Source: Zootoca vivipara (lineage: Eukaryota). Taken from it: a stretch of DNA of 64,000 nucleotides. This document shows, piece by piece, positions 1-11,230 of the stretch. A program made the translations under genes and the position numbers. Below the pieces are notes generated by a model that saw nothing but the letters and a program-made list of their open reading frames with translations, did no database searches and was not told the DNA's origin. The DNA lies in NCBI RefSeq assembly GCF_963506605.1, contig NC_083292.1:15004001-15068000 (forward strand), written 5' to 3'. Numbering within the stretch: position 1 is the stretch's first letter; the number at the start of each line of letters is the position of its first letter.

Positions 1-247
1 GTGCCATGTGCACATGCGGGCGCTGGAGTGGTTTGCCGGCAGCAAGCCGCTCCAGCGCCATGCGGGGATGGTGCCGAAGTCCTGAGGGTCCCGGGGCCAT
101 CCCCGCGTGGCACAGGAGTGGTTTGCTGGTGGCGCCACTGTGCAGCGCCCATGTGTTTAGCGTGCATGTGTGCGTGGTGACGTCACACATGCGCGCTGCG
201 TGCCGACGCCCCGCCCCGGATGCCGCAGCGGCTTCCTCCGCCCCTGG

Positions 248-590
248 CTGTGGTGTAAACCACTGAGGCTTGGGCTTGCCAATCAGGTCGGCATTTGAAT
301 CCCCATGACGAAGTGAGCTCCCGTTGCTCTGCCCCAGCTCCTGCCAACCTAGCAGTCCAAAAGCACGCCAGTGCAAGTAGATAAATAGGTACCGTAGCAA
401 GATTCTGCAGCGGGAAGGTAATCAGCGTTTCTGTGCACTCTGGTTTCCGTCATGGTGTTCCATTGCACCAGAAGCAGTTTAGTCCTGCTGGCCACATGAC
501 CCGGAAAGCTGTCTGTGGACAAACGCCGGCTCCCTTGGGCTGAAAGCGGTGATGAGCGATGCTCCCCATAGTCGCCTTTGACTGGACGTA
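248..590 (+). mobile_element. Sauria SINE (degraded)
   Basis: Matches the other copies (aaaccactgag...agctcctgccaacctagcag...gtagataaatagg...ctggccacatgacc). Confidence 0.75.
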
Positions 591-976
591 CCTTTTTTTT
601 TTTTTACTGGGGCGTGTCCAACCAGGCCCAGATCCATATGCAGGCATGGGAGCTCCCACTGGGCCAAATCCTGCCAACTCAGCACTTGCTGTTGAGAGGT
701 TGGGGTGAGGCATGTCTAGGCATCTGGTCAGGTCTCTGCCAATCCTGACATCTGTGGGTGCTGGGTGGGTGGTGTGGAGGCGGTTGGTGGCACCCAGCCC
801 ACACTGGCCTCTGGCAAAGCAGCCAGCCACCCACCCACCCTCAGAGGGCCTAGTCGGGGTGGGTGAGGTTGCAGGACATCTCAGTTGGTAGAGCATGAGG
901 CTCTTAATCACAGGGTCTTGGGTTAGAGCCCCACGTTGAGGGAAAGATTCATGCACTGCAAAAGGTTGGACTAGAC

Positions 977-1112
977 CAGGCATCCCCAAACTTTAGCCCT
1001 CCAGATGTTTTGGACTACAATTCCCATCTCCCCCGACCACTGGTCCTGTTAGCTAGGGATCATGGGAGTTGTAGGCCAAAACATCTGGAGGGCCGCAGTT
1101 TGGGGATGCCTG
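977..1112. mobile_element. 136-bp hAT MITE (family also at 13464-13599, 31839-31975, 34038-34174, 35282-35417, 35645-35780, 39847-39982)
   Basis: CAG...CTG termini, near-palindromic body, 8-bp TSDs (GACTAGAC, ATCTAAGG, CCATAGRG, TCCTACGA, GGTTAAGG, CTGTTGTG, GTTTAGRG). Confidence 0.9.
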
Positions 1113-1227
1113 GACTAGACTAGTTCTATGATTCTTTTTCTCCCCACGTAACATCCGAAGCAGACCAGCTGCAAAGAATTGGGCCCGCTGCACGCTTTTT
1201 AAAAAAGCTTTTCTCTGCCTTTCCCAG

Positions 1228-1885
1228 CTGGAGCCACCATTGCCGTGATGGTCGAGATCTTCAACCAGACCTTCCGCCCGTCGGCCTTTGTGATCGTGGG
1301 GTTCATCAACTGGATGGGTCTCTTCCTGCTTGGGATGATCTTTCCGTTCATTGTGGTGAGGCAGCCCACAGGCCACAGGCTGAGTGTCCCACACAATCAA
1401 CTCTGCGACGGGACATTAGGCACTTAAGGCCATGATGAGGACATGGGTGATTTTGCACACAGCTGTTTGAAAGTGAAAAATGGGGTGTTCACTTCCCTAA
1501 AAAATTGTGGGTGTCCTGTATGGGCTGGAGGGCCTGCTTGGTGAACGAGATCTTGCTCTGTATGAATCTGTGGACTGGCCAAGTGTTTGCAAGGAGGGTT
1601 TTGAGAATGCAACGCAAGCTTCCTTTGTAGTCGCTGTTTTGAAAAGTTCTAACCTTTTCCCTTCCCTTCTCTTTCCAGGAATATCTCGGCCCCTTCTGCT
1701 TCCTGATCTTCATGGGCATCCTTGCAGCCTCCGGCGTTTTCATCTTCTTGTTCCTCCCGGAAACAAAAGGGAAATCTATCATGGAAATTACAGCAGAGTT
1801 TAATAAGCTGAATTATGCAAAGAAACAAGTTTTCCCTGCTGAAAATAATGTTCCTCGGGAAACCATATTCTGCACCAGGCTTTAA
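1228..1885 (+). CDS. SLC2A11: Class II facilitative hexose transporter (GLUT11-like), last two coding exons: 1228-1355 and 1679-1885
   Basis: AG/GT-bounded exons translate to ...VMVEIFNQTFRPSAFVIVGFINWMGLFLLGMIFPFIV / EYLGPFCFLIFMGILAASGVFIFLFLPETKGKSIMEITAEFNKLN...IFCTRL*, with the GLUT motifs EIF-x-Q-x-x-RP and PETKG. The position next to MIF matches known SLC2A11-MIF synteny. The exact paralogue (SLC2A11 or an SLC2A11-like copy) is uncertain. Confidence 0.8.
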
Positions 1886-3576
1886 CACCCCATTTGCAGA
1901 ACCTCCAGCTCTGGGGGAGGGGAGAGAGGAGGGGAAAGAGTCACCAGCTCTGCCCCGATGCAAAGAAAACAACAGCCTGCCCGTGGCTTTCAGCCAAGAT
2001 GGGACATTTCACCAGTTTACATCCTATTTCCAGTTTACATCCTGTTTCCCACGAGAGACAGGTTATCTATGGTTTGTTTACTCCCAACAAATTGCGATCT
2101 GAAGCCATGGTTTGTTGTTGGCTTATGAACCTTGGTTTGGTATTATGTCTAACGTGCCTTTAACCATGGTTTGCTTGAACCCCCGACAAAAAACAGCAAC
2201 TCACCAAACCAAAAAGGCAAAAGCAACTGAAAAACAAGTCAAATATTGGAGAAGGAGGCCACGGCTTGTTTGATTTTCTGTGGAGTGACTTGTTAACCCA
2301 TGGTTTGTTAAACAAACCATGGTTTAGTGTAGTGGGGAGGAAACTGTAGCCCTCCAGGTGTTGCTGTAATCATTCCTGCTCATTGGACATGCCGGCTGAG
2401 ATCTGGAGTCCAGCCATGGCTGGAGAGCCATAGATTCCTCACTCCTTGCACTCTCTGTGAACCAGGCCTATTTCATCCAGTGTCATCTGGTGCCCCCACA
2501 GTTGTGGCTATATTCGATTCTGAGTTTTGTAATGTTTACTTCTGCTGTATGTTGCTTTGAATGCAGAAGGTGTATAAGAGTGGGGTATAAATGAAATAAA
2601 CAATGATCATTTCTGCAAAGGCTTCTTAGAACTCTGTAACACCAGAGGCTGGGGGCAAAAATAAATAAACGTCATCATGCTATTGCTCACCATACCTTGC
2701 GACGTAGCTGTTAAGTGGTGATGACTCCAAGCTCAGGGGGAACTCCAGAACACGGCCGATCAAAAGCGGGGCCTTCAGTGTGTTGGCACCAAATTTAAGA
2801 GGTGCTGAATGCAAGCCTTGCATGCCCAGGAACAATTGGCAGGGAATTAAGACTCCCAAGTGTCCCTTCACAGTTGTGTCTTTCCTGCCTCCAGCAGGCA
2901 GAGGGCCTTCTTGGTAGTGGCACTCACCCTGTGGAATGCCCTCCCACCAGATGTCAAGGAGGTTTTATAGATATGGAGTAATATACCTTTTTGGAGGCAT
3001 CTGAAGGCAGCCATATATAGGGAAGCTTTTTAAGGTTTAATGTTTTACTACCAGTATGTTTTTATATGTGCTGGAAGCTGCCCAGAGTGGCTGGGGCAAC
3101 CCAGTCAGATGGGCAGGGTACAAATTAATATTAACATTAATATTATTAACATTAATAATTATTATTACTGAGCTCACCTGGTGGGCATGGCTGGGGCAAA
3201 GCAGCCTTATGAAAACCCAGCCAAATGGGTGGGACATAAATATTATGATATTATGATTATTGCTATTATTATTATCCAAATCAGGCATGTGTGGCTCCCT
3301 ATGCCTATCTGACATTCCTGCATAAGAGTGCCTAGTAATACCTGAGATCAGTCAGAAGGACCTTGGCAACAAGCAAAGGTTGTTCCCAGTAAGGAAGCCC
3401 ACAGCCCTAACCATCAGCTGCCCAATGGCCACCCCAGGCACACACTCAGCAATGGATATGCATGGGGGCCGACCCTACCCTGCTTTAACTACAGGTTCAC
3501 CCTCCTTTCCACCCAGACTCCTGTATTTTTAGGGTCTTTATGCAGCCCAGAAACTGATGCCAGGTTTAGACCTTTG

Positions 3577-4059
3577 CAGAGACATCACCTTGCCTACAAA
3601 GGTCCGTATAGTTAAAGCTATGGTTTTCCCAGTAGTGATGTATGGAAGTGAGAGCTGGACCATAAAGAAGGCTGATCGCCGAAGAATTGATGCTTTTGAA
3701 TTATGGTTCTGGAGGAAACTCTAGAGAGTCCCATGGACTGCAAGATCAAACCTATCCATTCTTAAGGAAATCAGCCCTGAGTGCTCCCTGGAAGGACAGA
3801 TCGTGAATCTGAGGCTCCAATACTTTGGCCACCTCATGAGAAGAGAAGACTCCCTGGAAAAGACCCTGATGTTGGGAAAGATGGAGGGCACTAGGAGAAG
3901 GGGACGACAGAGGACGAGATGGTTGGACAGTGTTCTCGAAGCTACAAACATGCGTTTGACCAAACTGCGGGAGGCAGTGGAAGATAGGAGTGCCTGGCGT
4001 GCTCTGGTCCATGGGGTCACGAAGAGTCGGACACGACTAAATGACTAAACAACAACAAA
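3577..4059 (+). mobile_element. Bov-B (RTE) LINE 3' fragment
   Basis: LRLQYFGHLMRREDSLEKTLMLGKMEGTRRRGRQRTRWLD...HGVTKSRTRLND; (CAA)n tail. Confidence 0.92.
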
Positions 4060-4586
4060 GTTGGCAAAGTACCTCCTACGTTTCTTTTTGGATTCCACCC
4101 CCCCCCCATTGGGCCTGCATAGCAACCTGCAATTTGGGTCTCCTTTTGAATCATACCCATTCGATTGCAAGTTACTGCTTTATCTACCGGTATCAGCTGG
4201 TCATATTTCTCATCTGAAGTTGAATTCCATCAGGATGCAACAGAGAGAACAGAGGGTGGGTGTTGGGTGGCAGATTCTTCACCCAGACAACACAATGCCC
4301 GGTGGATTTGGTGCTTGTTGGTTTTGACATCAGACTCTTCTTTGGGTTTTGCTTTCTCGTGCAGAAAATCAGGATTACCCGGTGCCATTATTATTTTTAA
4401 AACAGAATGCAGTGTGTCATCTTCAATCTGTCTCATCCAAAAGCAGAAGCCAGTGAGATACATAAAAATATGCCTGGAATCTCCAAACCTTTGGGGCCTT
4501 CTTCATAAGCGAGAGCAGGAGGAGACCATGTACCAAACAGGATGGGTGCTGCTGCTTCCTTGACTACTGTTTTTGCGGCACAGTCC

Positions 4587-5133
4587 TTGCACTTGGGAAG
4601 ACAGCCGGCGAACTAATATCAGTGTACTGGAAGAAGCAAAGATCACCAGTGTCGAAGCAATGATTCTTCAACATCAACTTCGTTGGACTGGTCATGTTGT
4701 GCAGATGCCTGATGATCGTCTTCCAAAGCAACTACTCTATTCCGAACTTAAAAATGGAAAGCGTAATGCTGGTGGTCAGCAAAAGAGGTTTAAAGACTGT
4801 CTCAAGGCAAATCTAAAAAAATGTAGTATAAACACTGACAACTGGGAAATGCTGGCCTGCGAGTGCTCCAGTTGGAGAACAGCCTTTACCAAAGGTGTCA
4901 TGGGCTTTGAAGACACTCAATCTCAGGATGCAAGGGAGAAATGTGCTAAGAGGAAGGCACGCGGCAAATCCACACCGTGATCAACTACGGCCTGGAAACC
5001 AATGTCCCCACTGTGGAAGGACGTGTGGATCCAGAATTGGCCTCCACAGTCACTTACGGACTCACTGTTAAAACCGTGTTTATGGAAGACAATCTTACTC
5101 GGCTACGAGTGATGATCGCCATAGAAGAAGAAG
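4587..5133 (+). mobile_element. RTE-clade LINE 3' fragment (non-Bov-B)
   Basis: QLRWTGHVVQMPDDRLPKQLLYSEL...KRFKD.LK; C-terminal CPHCGRTCGSRIGLHSHLRTH zinc finger; (GAA)n tail. Confidence 0.85.
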
Positions 5134-5284
5134 GGGTGTGCTGATTTTTAACTATCCTGATGAAGCACCGCATTCCTTCGGGGAATTTTGGCATCTTGTA
5201 TTCCTGTTATTTGCAGTTGGGTGGCTTCACTACCTAAACAGGCTAAATAAATATTGAGAGTGGGGGAAAGAGTATGTACTCCAT

Positions 5285-5428
5285 ACAGCTGGGATAGCTC
5301 AGTCAGGAGAGCATGAGCCTCTTAATATCAGGGCCGTGGGTTTGAGCCCCATTTTGGGCAAAAGATTACAGGTACTACATTGCAAGGGGTTGGACTAGAT
5401 AACCCTTGGGATCCCAACTCTATGACTC
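5285..5428 (+). mobile_element. tRNA-headed SINE with CR1-type tail (related copies ~872-1135 and ~5981-6190)
   Basis: gatagctcagtc.g.agagcatgag.ctcttaat.tcaggg..gtggg.ttgagcccc head; gggttggactagat...caactctatga CR1-like tail. Confidence 0.7.
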
Positions 5429-5863
5429 CATCATACAGCATTTTCATAAGGAGAAAGGAAATATGTTCCTGTACTACAAGCAAGTCTGACAAAGCTGACG
5501 CCAATTTCCAGGTTTCTGTTTAGAATACCGTATGATTTGCCAGTCACAGAGTCATTCTCTTTCATTTTTTTAATCCCTACCTTTCATCCTTTTGGATTCC
5601 AGCGTGGTTTATGATCCCCACCCCCCACTGTGCACCAGAGGGAGAGTAACCAGCAGGCCTAGGGGCACTCCAAGGTTTGCAGAAGTACAGCGCCCACACA
5701 AAACAAACAAACAAAACCCACCCCCCAATAAATGTGGTCTCAGGAGGTTCAGCAGCCCGGAAATGCAGACCTACTGCTGGAAAGGGAAAACAGGGCAGAA
5801 GAGGGACAGACAGAATGAAGTGTTCCAAAACAGGGCAAAGATCAATGTATGGGGCTGATAAGT

Positions 5864-5980
5864 GTGCATGCACACGAAAGCTCATACCAAAATATAAACT
5901 TAGTTGGTCTTTAAGGTGCTACTGAAGGAATTTTTTTTATTTTGCTTCGACTCAGACCAACACGGCTACCTACCTGTAAC
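5864..5980 (+). mobile_element. Penelope pLTR fragment
   Basis: Same pLTR sequence; TGGGGCTGATAAGT duplicated at 5850-5863 and 5981-5994. Confidence 0.8.
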
Positions 5981-6092
5981 TGGGGCTGATAAGTTTGCAG
6001 GTTCGACTCCCGTATGGGACAACTGCATATTCCTGCATTGCAGAGGGTTGTACTAGAATCCACGGGACCCCTTTCAACTCTACTATTCTATG

Positions 6093-6181
6093 CATAGCTG
6101 TCAAGTTTTCCCTTTTCTCGCGAGGAAGCCTATTCAGCATAAGGGAATTTCCCTTAAAAAAGGGAGAACTTGACAGCTATG
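6093..6181. mobile_element. 89-bp hAT-type MITE with CATAGCTGTCAAGT TIRs (relative at 30392-30617)
   Basis: TIRs plus 8-bp TSD ATTCTATG; GACCACAY for the second copy. Confidence 0.82.
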
Positions 6182-6249
6182 ATTCTATGAAAGGATACGG
6201 CTGTGGCAGATCCCACGTGCAGGCAGGCACACTATTGCAAGGGGAGTGC

Positions 6250-7140
6250 CTTCTGACGTCGATTTCATATTGTGCATCATAGGGAAACCCATCGAGGTAA
6301 AGGAGATCAGCATCCATTGCTTCTTTCTGAAAGCAGCGCCAGGCCTCCCTCCGCCTCGTCCAGTCCAGCCCGCCTGGAGGGCACCGAGCACGTGGCTCGC
6401 CCGGGCGGGCATTGGGTACGTGCAGCCTGGCACAGGCGCCCCCACCATCACCGCCCGCCTGCCGCATCCCCGCGCCCTGCGTTTCTGAGCAGCGGCAGCA
6501 GCTCCAGAAACGGAGCCCCAGCCAAGCACGGTCCCGTTAGGCAGCGCCCCCATCCCCCCACCCCGGGGACTCGCTCAGGGCTGCAGCTGCTGCCCCCTCC
6601 GCCTGCTGCAGCTGCGGCCCCTTTAAGAGCGCGGGGGAGGGAGGAGTCCCCGGCGCGCTCTCGGGCGCAGCCCTACAAAGCGGGGAGGCAGCTCCCATTT
6701 TGCACGCAGTTTGCAGCCAGCCAGACACATAGCCAGCCAAGATGCCCATGTTCGTGGTCAACACCAACGTGAGCCGGGACGCCGTGCCCGAGAGCCTCCT
6801 CGGCGAGCTCACCCAGCAGCTAGCCAAGGCGACCGGCAAGCCAGCCCAGGTGAGAGGCGGGGGGGGGGGGGAAGGAGTGACACTCTGCACGCGCTCAGGG
6901 GCTTCTTTCCGCATCTGATCTCTAAACCGGGAGACTCCCGCCTGCTCGCCGGCGCTCCTTTTCAACCAACCAGCTCTCCATCTGCCGGTGGCAGAAACTA
7001 GGCGGCTAGGAAGCCGGGGTTGGGCGCCTGAATCTGGATCAGGGAGAGGGCCACTAACCTTTGCAGAGATTTCCGGGCGGAGGAAGTCCCAGTAGCGGGA
7101 GAAGCGAGTTTGCAGAAAGGGTGGGCGCGCGCAAACACAT
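6250..7140 (+). promoter_or_regulatory. CpG island / MIF promoter and first exon
   Basis: GC- and CpG-rich stretch spanning the MIF ATG; CRE-like TGACGTCG near 6255 and GC boxes. Confidence 0.7.
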
Positions 7141-9106
7141 GTAGACTCATACAATTGTAGATTTGGAAGAGATCCCCCCCCCAAGGCCATCCAGCCCAAC
7201 CCCCTTCGATGCAGGCATCTCAATACCGTAAACTGCTTTAGCTTTCAAACGTGTTAGCAGTTTTATTGCTGCACCGCTAGGTGCCACTTAAAAAAAAACT
7301 TTAAAGATTTGTATAAACAATTCCTGCTCCAGAACCTCAACCGCCAGGCGCAGCCATAAAAGTATTTTGTTTGCTGCCCCCCCCCCCGCAGTACATTGCC
7401 ATCCACATCGTGGCTGACCAGCTGATGTCCTTCGGAGGCTCCTCTGATCCCTGTGCCCTCTGCAGCCTCCACAGCATCGGCAAGATTGGCGGGCAGCAGA
7501 ACAAGGCCTACACGAAGCTGCTGTGTGAGCTGCTGACCAAGCAGCTGCACATACCTGCAGACAGGTGAGCTGCAAGCCAAGAGGCAGTGCTGGCTGGGAA
7601 GGGGAGCATCTTTGTTGAATTGCAGGGTGTTATTTTCTGAAGGCTAAAAAAAAGCCAAGCAGCCCAGGGGCTGCTCACTGCTGAATGCATGTCTGGGAAC
7701 CACATTTCTATTTAAAAAAAAGCACTTGCATCTCATAAAAGAGCAGGAAGGTATAAACAATTGGCATCCATCTGTTTCAAGAGACAATAGATCTAGTTAC
7801 AGGTAGGTAGCCGTGTTGGTCTGAGTCGAAGCAAAATAAAAAAATTCCTTCAGTAGCACCTTAAAGACCAACTAAGTTTTTATTTTGGTATGAGCTTTCG
7901 TGTGCATGCACACTTCGTCAGATACACTGAAACAGAATCAACCAGACCCTTATTTATATTCAGAGGGTGGGGGGTGGGGGTGGGAATGGGTCATGGGCTG
8001 ATAGGAGTGGTGAACCTGTTGATGGCTGTTAACTACTGCTGACTGCAATTGGTCCTGCGGGGGGGGGGGGAAGCAAGGCACAAAAGAAAGCTAGATCATG
8101 CATAATGAGGCACAAACGAAAGCTAGATCATGCACAATGAGATAAGAATCCGATATCTCTATTCATCCCAGGTGGCTCCGTGGTTTTAAGCTTGGTAATA
8201 AGTCCCAATTCAGCAATTTCTCTTTCTTGTCTGTTTCTGAAATTTTTCTGTAATAAAACAGCTGCTTTGAGATCTTGTATAGAATGTCCCAGGACACTTA
8301 GTTGGTCTTTAAGGTGCTACTGAAGGAATTTTTTTTTTTATTTTGTTAAGAGACAATAGAGTGTGCCTCCAAGAGTGAAGTCAAACCACTGTGTCAGCAG
8401 CACTGAAGTGACCTCCCCTGGGAACAAGCCTGGGCAGTGTATATGGAGGTCCTGGGCTGCCCAGACAACAAGACCTTGCTGATGTGGTCCAAAGCAAAGC
8501 AGAGCAATAAGTTTTGCACCAGCTTGTCTCCAGGAGTTTCCAGAAAGAGGTGTACAAGGCACCATCCAACCGTATTAGGTTCTTCACAGCAGTAAAATAC
8601 CACAGGGAGGTGGACTGCAGCTCAGCTGGAGAACATTTGCAAGCAGGAGCATCTCCAAGTTAGGCTGAAAGAGACTCCTTGCTGAAACCCAGGAGAGCCA
8701 TTGCTTGCCCACCAAACTAATAAGCTAGCTGGACCCAACGGTCTAACTCGTTGAGCAGCTTCCTATGTTCATCAAAAGCAGTGCAGAGGTCCCATGATGA
8801 AAGAGAAGCAAGACTGTCGGGAACTAAGAGTCATTTCTCGCAGCGTTAGGATTCTCCTCCAGCAAAGGTGGGGGAACATGTGTCGCTTAACTCCAGCTCC
8901 CATTACTCCTGCTTCGTGACCACACTTGAGTCCTAGCATCTCAAGAGGTACAGGTTCCCCATCCCTGGGCAGGTGTGGGAGCCACATGTAACGCTGGTGC
9001 TCTCTTGGGCTGATTTTTGCTGTTTTGCTTCTTTTGTAGAGTCTACATCAATTACGTTGACATGAACGCCGCTAATGTGGGTTGGAACGGCTCCACCTTT
9101 GCCTAA
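6742..9106 (+). CDS. MIF: Macrophage migration inhibitory factor, 115 aa; exons 6742-6849, 7392-7564, 9040-9106
   Basis: Spliced protein [115 protein letters not shown]. Catalytic Pro1, Lys32 and CALC motif present; exon sizes 108/173/67; canonical splice sites. Confidence 0.98.
7792..8347 (-). mobile_element. Penelope-like element 3' fragment (GIY-YIG end + pLTR + inverted partial pLTR) in MIF intron 2
   Basis: The - strand encodes [52 protein letters not shown]; AAGAGACAATAGA duplication at 7779-7791 / 8348-8360. Confidence 0.85.
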
Positions 9107-9236
9107 TCTGCTCCTTCCTGCACAGCCACCCTGGTGGACCTGCTGCCCCCTTGTGTTTGCCGGCAATCACTACCACCTCTTCCTCTTGATGGTTCTTTTT
9201 AGCAGAGCCTGTTGCATGCATCATTTCTGAAATGCA

Positions 9237-9242
9237 AATAAA
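9237..9242 (+). terminator. MIF polyadenylation signal AATAAA
   Basis: AATAAA ~130 nt after the stop, followed by a GT-rich tract. Confidence 0.75.
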
Positions 9243-10229
9243 AGCTCTGGCGGAAGCTGTACAAGTGCAAAGTGTTTCTGTGATGGGGGGTGGGGATGGC
9301 CCTAACATGCTAGAAGAGGAGTTCTATTTTGCAGGGGCCTTTGAGATGGCAGACTGCTGGGTCTCACTGTTGTGGCTAGTTCAGTAGAGGTACTAACGCT
9401 GTGGGCATATTAGACATTTAAGGCACATGATCTTCCCCCACCTCCCTTCCCCTCCTCTCGAAAAGAATCCCAGGAGGAGTCACACTTTCTTAAGGGCATT
9501 GGGAATTGTAGCTCTGTGAGGGGTAAACTACAGTTCCCAAGATTCTTGGGGGAGTCATGTGCTTTAAATGTATGGGGTGCGCACCACCTAAATTACCACC
9601 AGGGGCAGGAAATGGGCAGATGCTGCCCACTCCAGCCACTCCCATGCTCTGGACTAGGGATCTTGTACTCCAACAACACCTGGAGGACTGTATCTTGCAT
9701 CCCCCCTTTATACCGGCCATCCAGTTTGGGGCCAATAGGAGGATGGAGCTCATTGACCTCCAGAGGGCCATGGGTCCTCCTAGACAGGGCCGTCTTAAGT
9801 GCCCCTGGCGCGCCGGATCCCTCCGGCGCCCCCCCCCCCCGTTTCCCAGCCAGGTGGGCACAGGGCGGCTGTCACAGGTGCTGCTGCGCAGCGGGCGGGC
9901 AGGCACAGCGCGGTTGCCGTGGGCGCGGCGGGCCGGCGCAGTGGTGCCCTGCACCACCCAGCCTGGCCGTAGGGCCAGCCCTGGATGTGTTAGTTGATAG
10001 GTGGTCTTGCGTATACAGAAAAATGGGGTCCAGTTTTTTGCCACCTCTTTGGGAAGGGGGGGGGGGAACGAGCTCCACCTGGTAATCCACAAAAGTCCCA
10101 AGGCCTGCCTCCAAATTGCTCTTTCAGGGATGTGACTTATAAGTGTCAACTCCTGTAACACTTAGCCAACCTGCCAAAGGAAACACAAAAGGTCCTGCAT
10201 TCGTGTTCTCACACTGGCTAAACAGATGC

Positions 10230-10619
10230 TGATGCTGCTTTTTGGCAATCACTCATAGCCGAGTAAGATTGTATTCCATAAACACAGTTTTAACAGTGAG
10301 TCCATAAGTGACTGTGGAGGCCAATTCTGGATCCACATGTCCTTCCAGAGTAGGGACATAGGTTTCCAGGCGGGAGGGTTTGCCAAGCATGCCTTCCTCT
10401 TAGCATGTTTCTCCCTTTCGCCGGAGTTGAGTGTCTTCAAAGCCCATGACACCTTTGGTAAAGGCTGTTCTCCAACTGGAACGTGCAGGCCAGTGTTTCC
10501 CAATTGTCAGTGTTTATACTACATTTTTTAAGGTTTGCCTTGAGAGAGTCTTTGAACCTCTTTTGTTGACCACCAGCTTTACGCTTTCCATTACATCATG
10601 ACCAATCCGACACCGTTAG
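10230..10619 (-). mobile_element. RTE-clade LINE fragment with 21-bp flanking direct repeat
   Basis: Reverse homologue of 4587-5133; TCACACTGGCTAAACAGATGC at 10209-10229 and 10620-10640. Confidence 0.75.
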
Positions 10620-10689
10620 TCACACTGGCTAAACAGATGCAATACCCCCCCCCCCAGGAAGGCTCAAAAGGGCCCCTCCTTTGCCCCCT

Positions 10690-11230
10690 CCCCGAATCCG
10701 CCCAAGTTCCCTTTGGGCTGCCCTTACTCCTGCCGGGAGCGGGTTCCCACACCGGCCTCCCGCGCTGCCAGTTGTGAATGGGGAGAGCGCGGTCGCCCGA
10801 CATTGGCCAGCGCGGGGATTGCGTCACTCGGTAGCGACAGGAACCGAGTTCAGGCCAGCCACGAGGCGGTGCACCTCATCTGCATACCTCGGTCCTGATT
10901 GGCCCACTTCCGTAAGCCGCCGATGTCGTAATCGTTAAGGGACGACGTCGGCGTTCATCGCTAGGCGCCGGCGGAGGGAAAAGAGCAGGCATGGCGCTCT
11001 TCGTCGTTCCCAGGTGAGAAGGGGGCCGGTCATGCGGCCCGCGGCTGCCTGGTTCGGGTCCAGGCGGCGCTGAGGCTTCCGCGAACGAGCCCCGGGTGGG
11101 ACCGCGAGGGAGGAGGCCGAGGGGGGTCTTCGCTGCCTCTTGGGCTGCGGGCAAATGTGGATGTTTGGCTTGAAATTCGAGCCGAGCTGTGAGTGGGAAA
11201 GGGGCTTCGCGGTCAGATGACAGCGGTGGC
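10690..11230 (+). promoter_or_regulatory. CpG island / DDX51 promoter
   Basis: CpG-dense; ATTGG (inverted CCAAT) and CACTTCCG (ETS) upstream of the ATG at 10991. Confidence 0.7.

Noticed and set aside
872-945. tRNA-Lys-like sequence (also ~5290-5360)
   Set aside because: Degenerate stems followed by a CR1-type tail; a SINE head, not a tRNA gene.
2100-2330. Repeated AACCATGGTT palindromes in the SLC2A11 3' region
   Set aside because: Probably a decayed palindromic DNA-transposon remnant; no regular spacing, so not CRISPR-like, and termini are unresolved.
9490-10161. Overlapping 146-223 aa ORFs between MIF and DDX51
   Set aside because: Driven by a GC-rich MITE-like insert and old repeats; no protein similarity recognised. 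A MIF antisense RNA cannot be supported from sequence alone.
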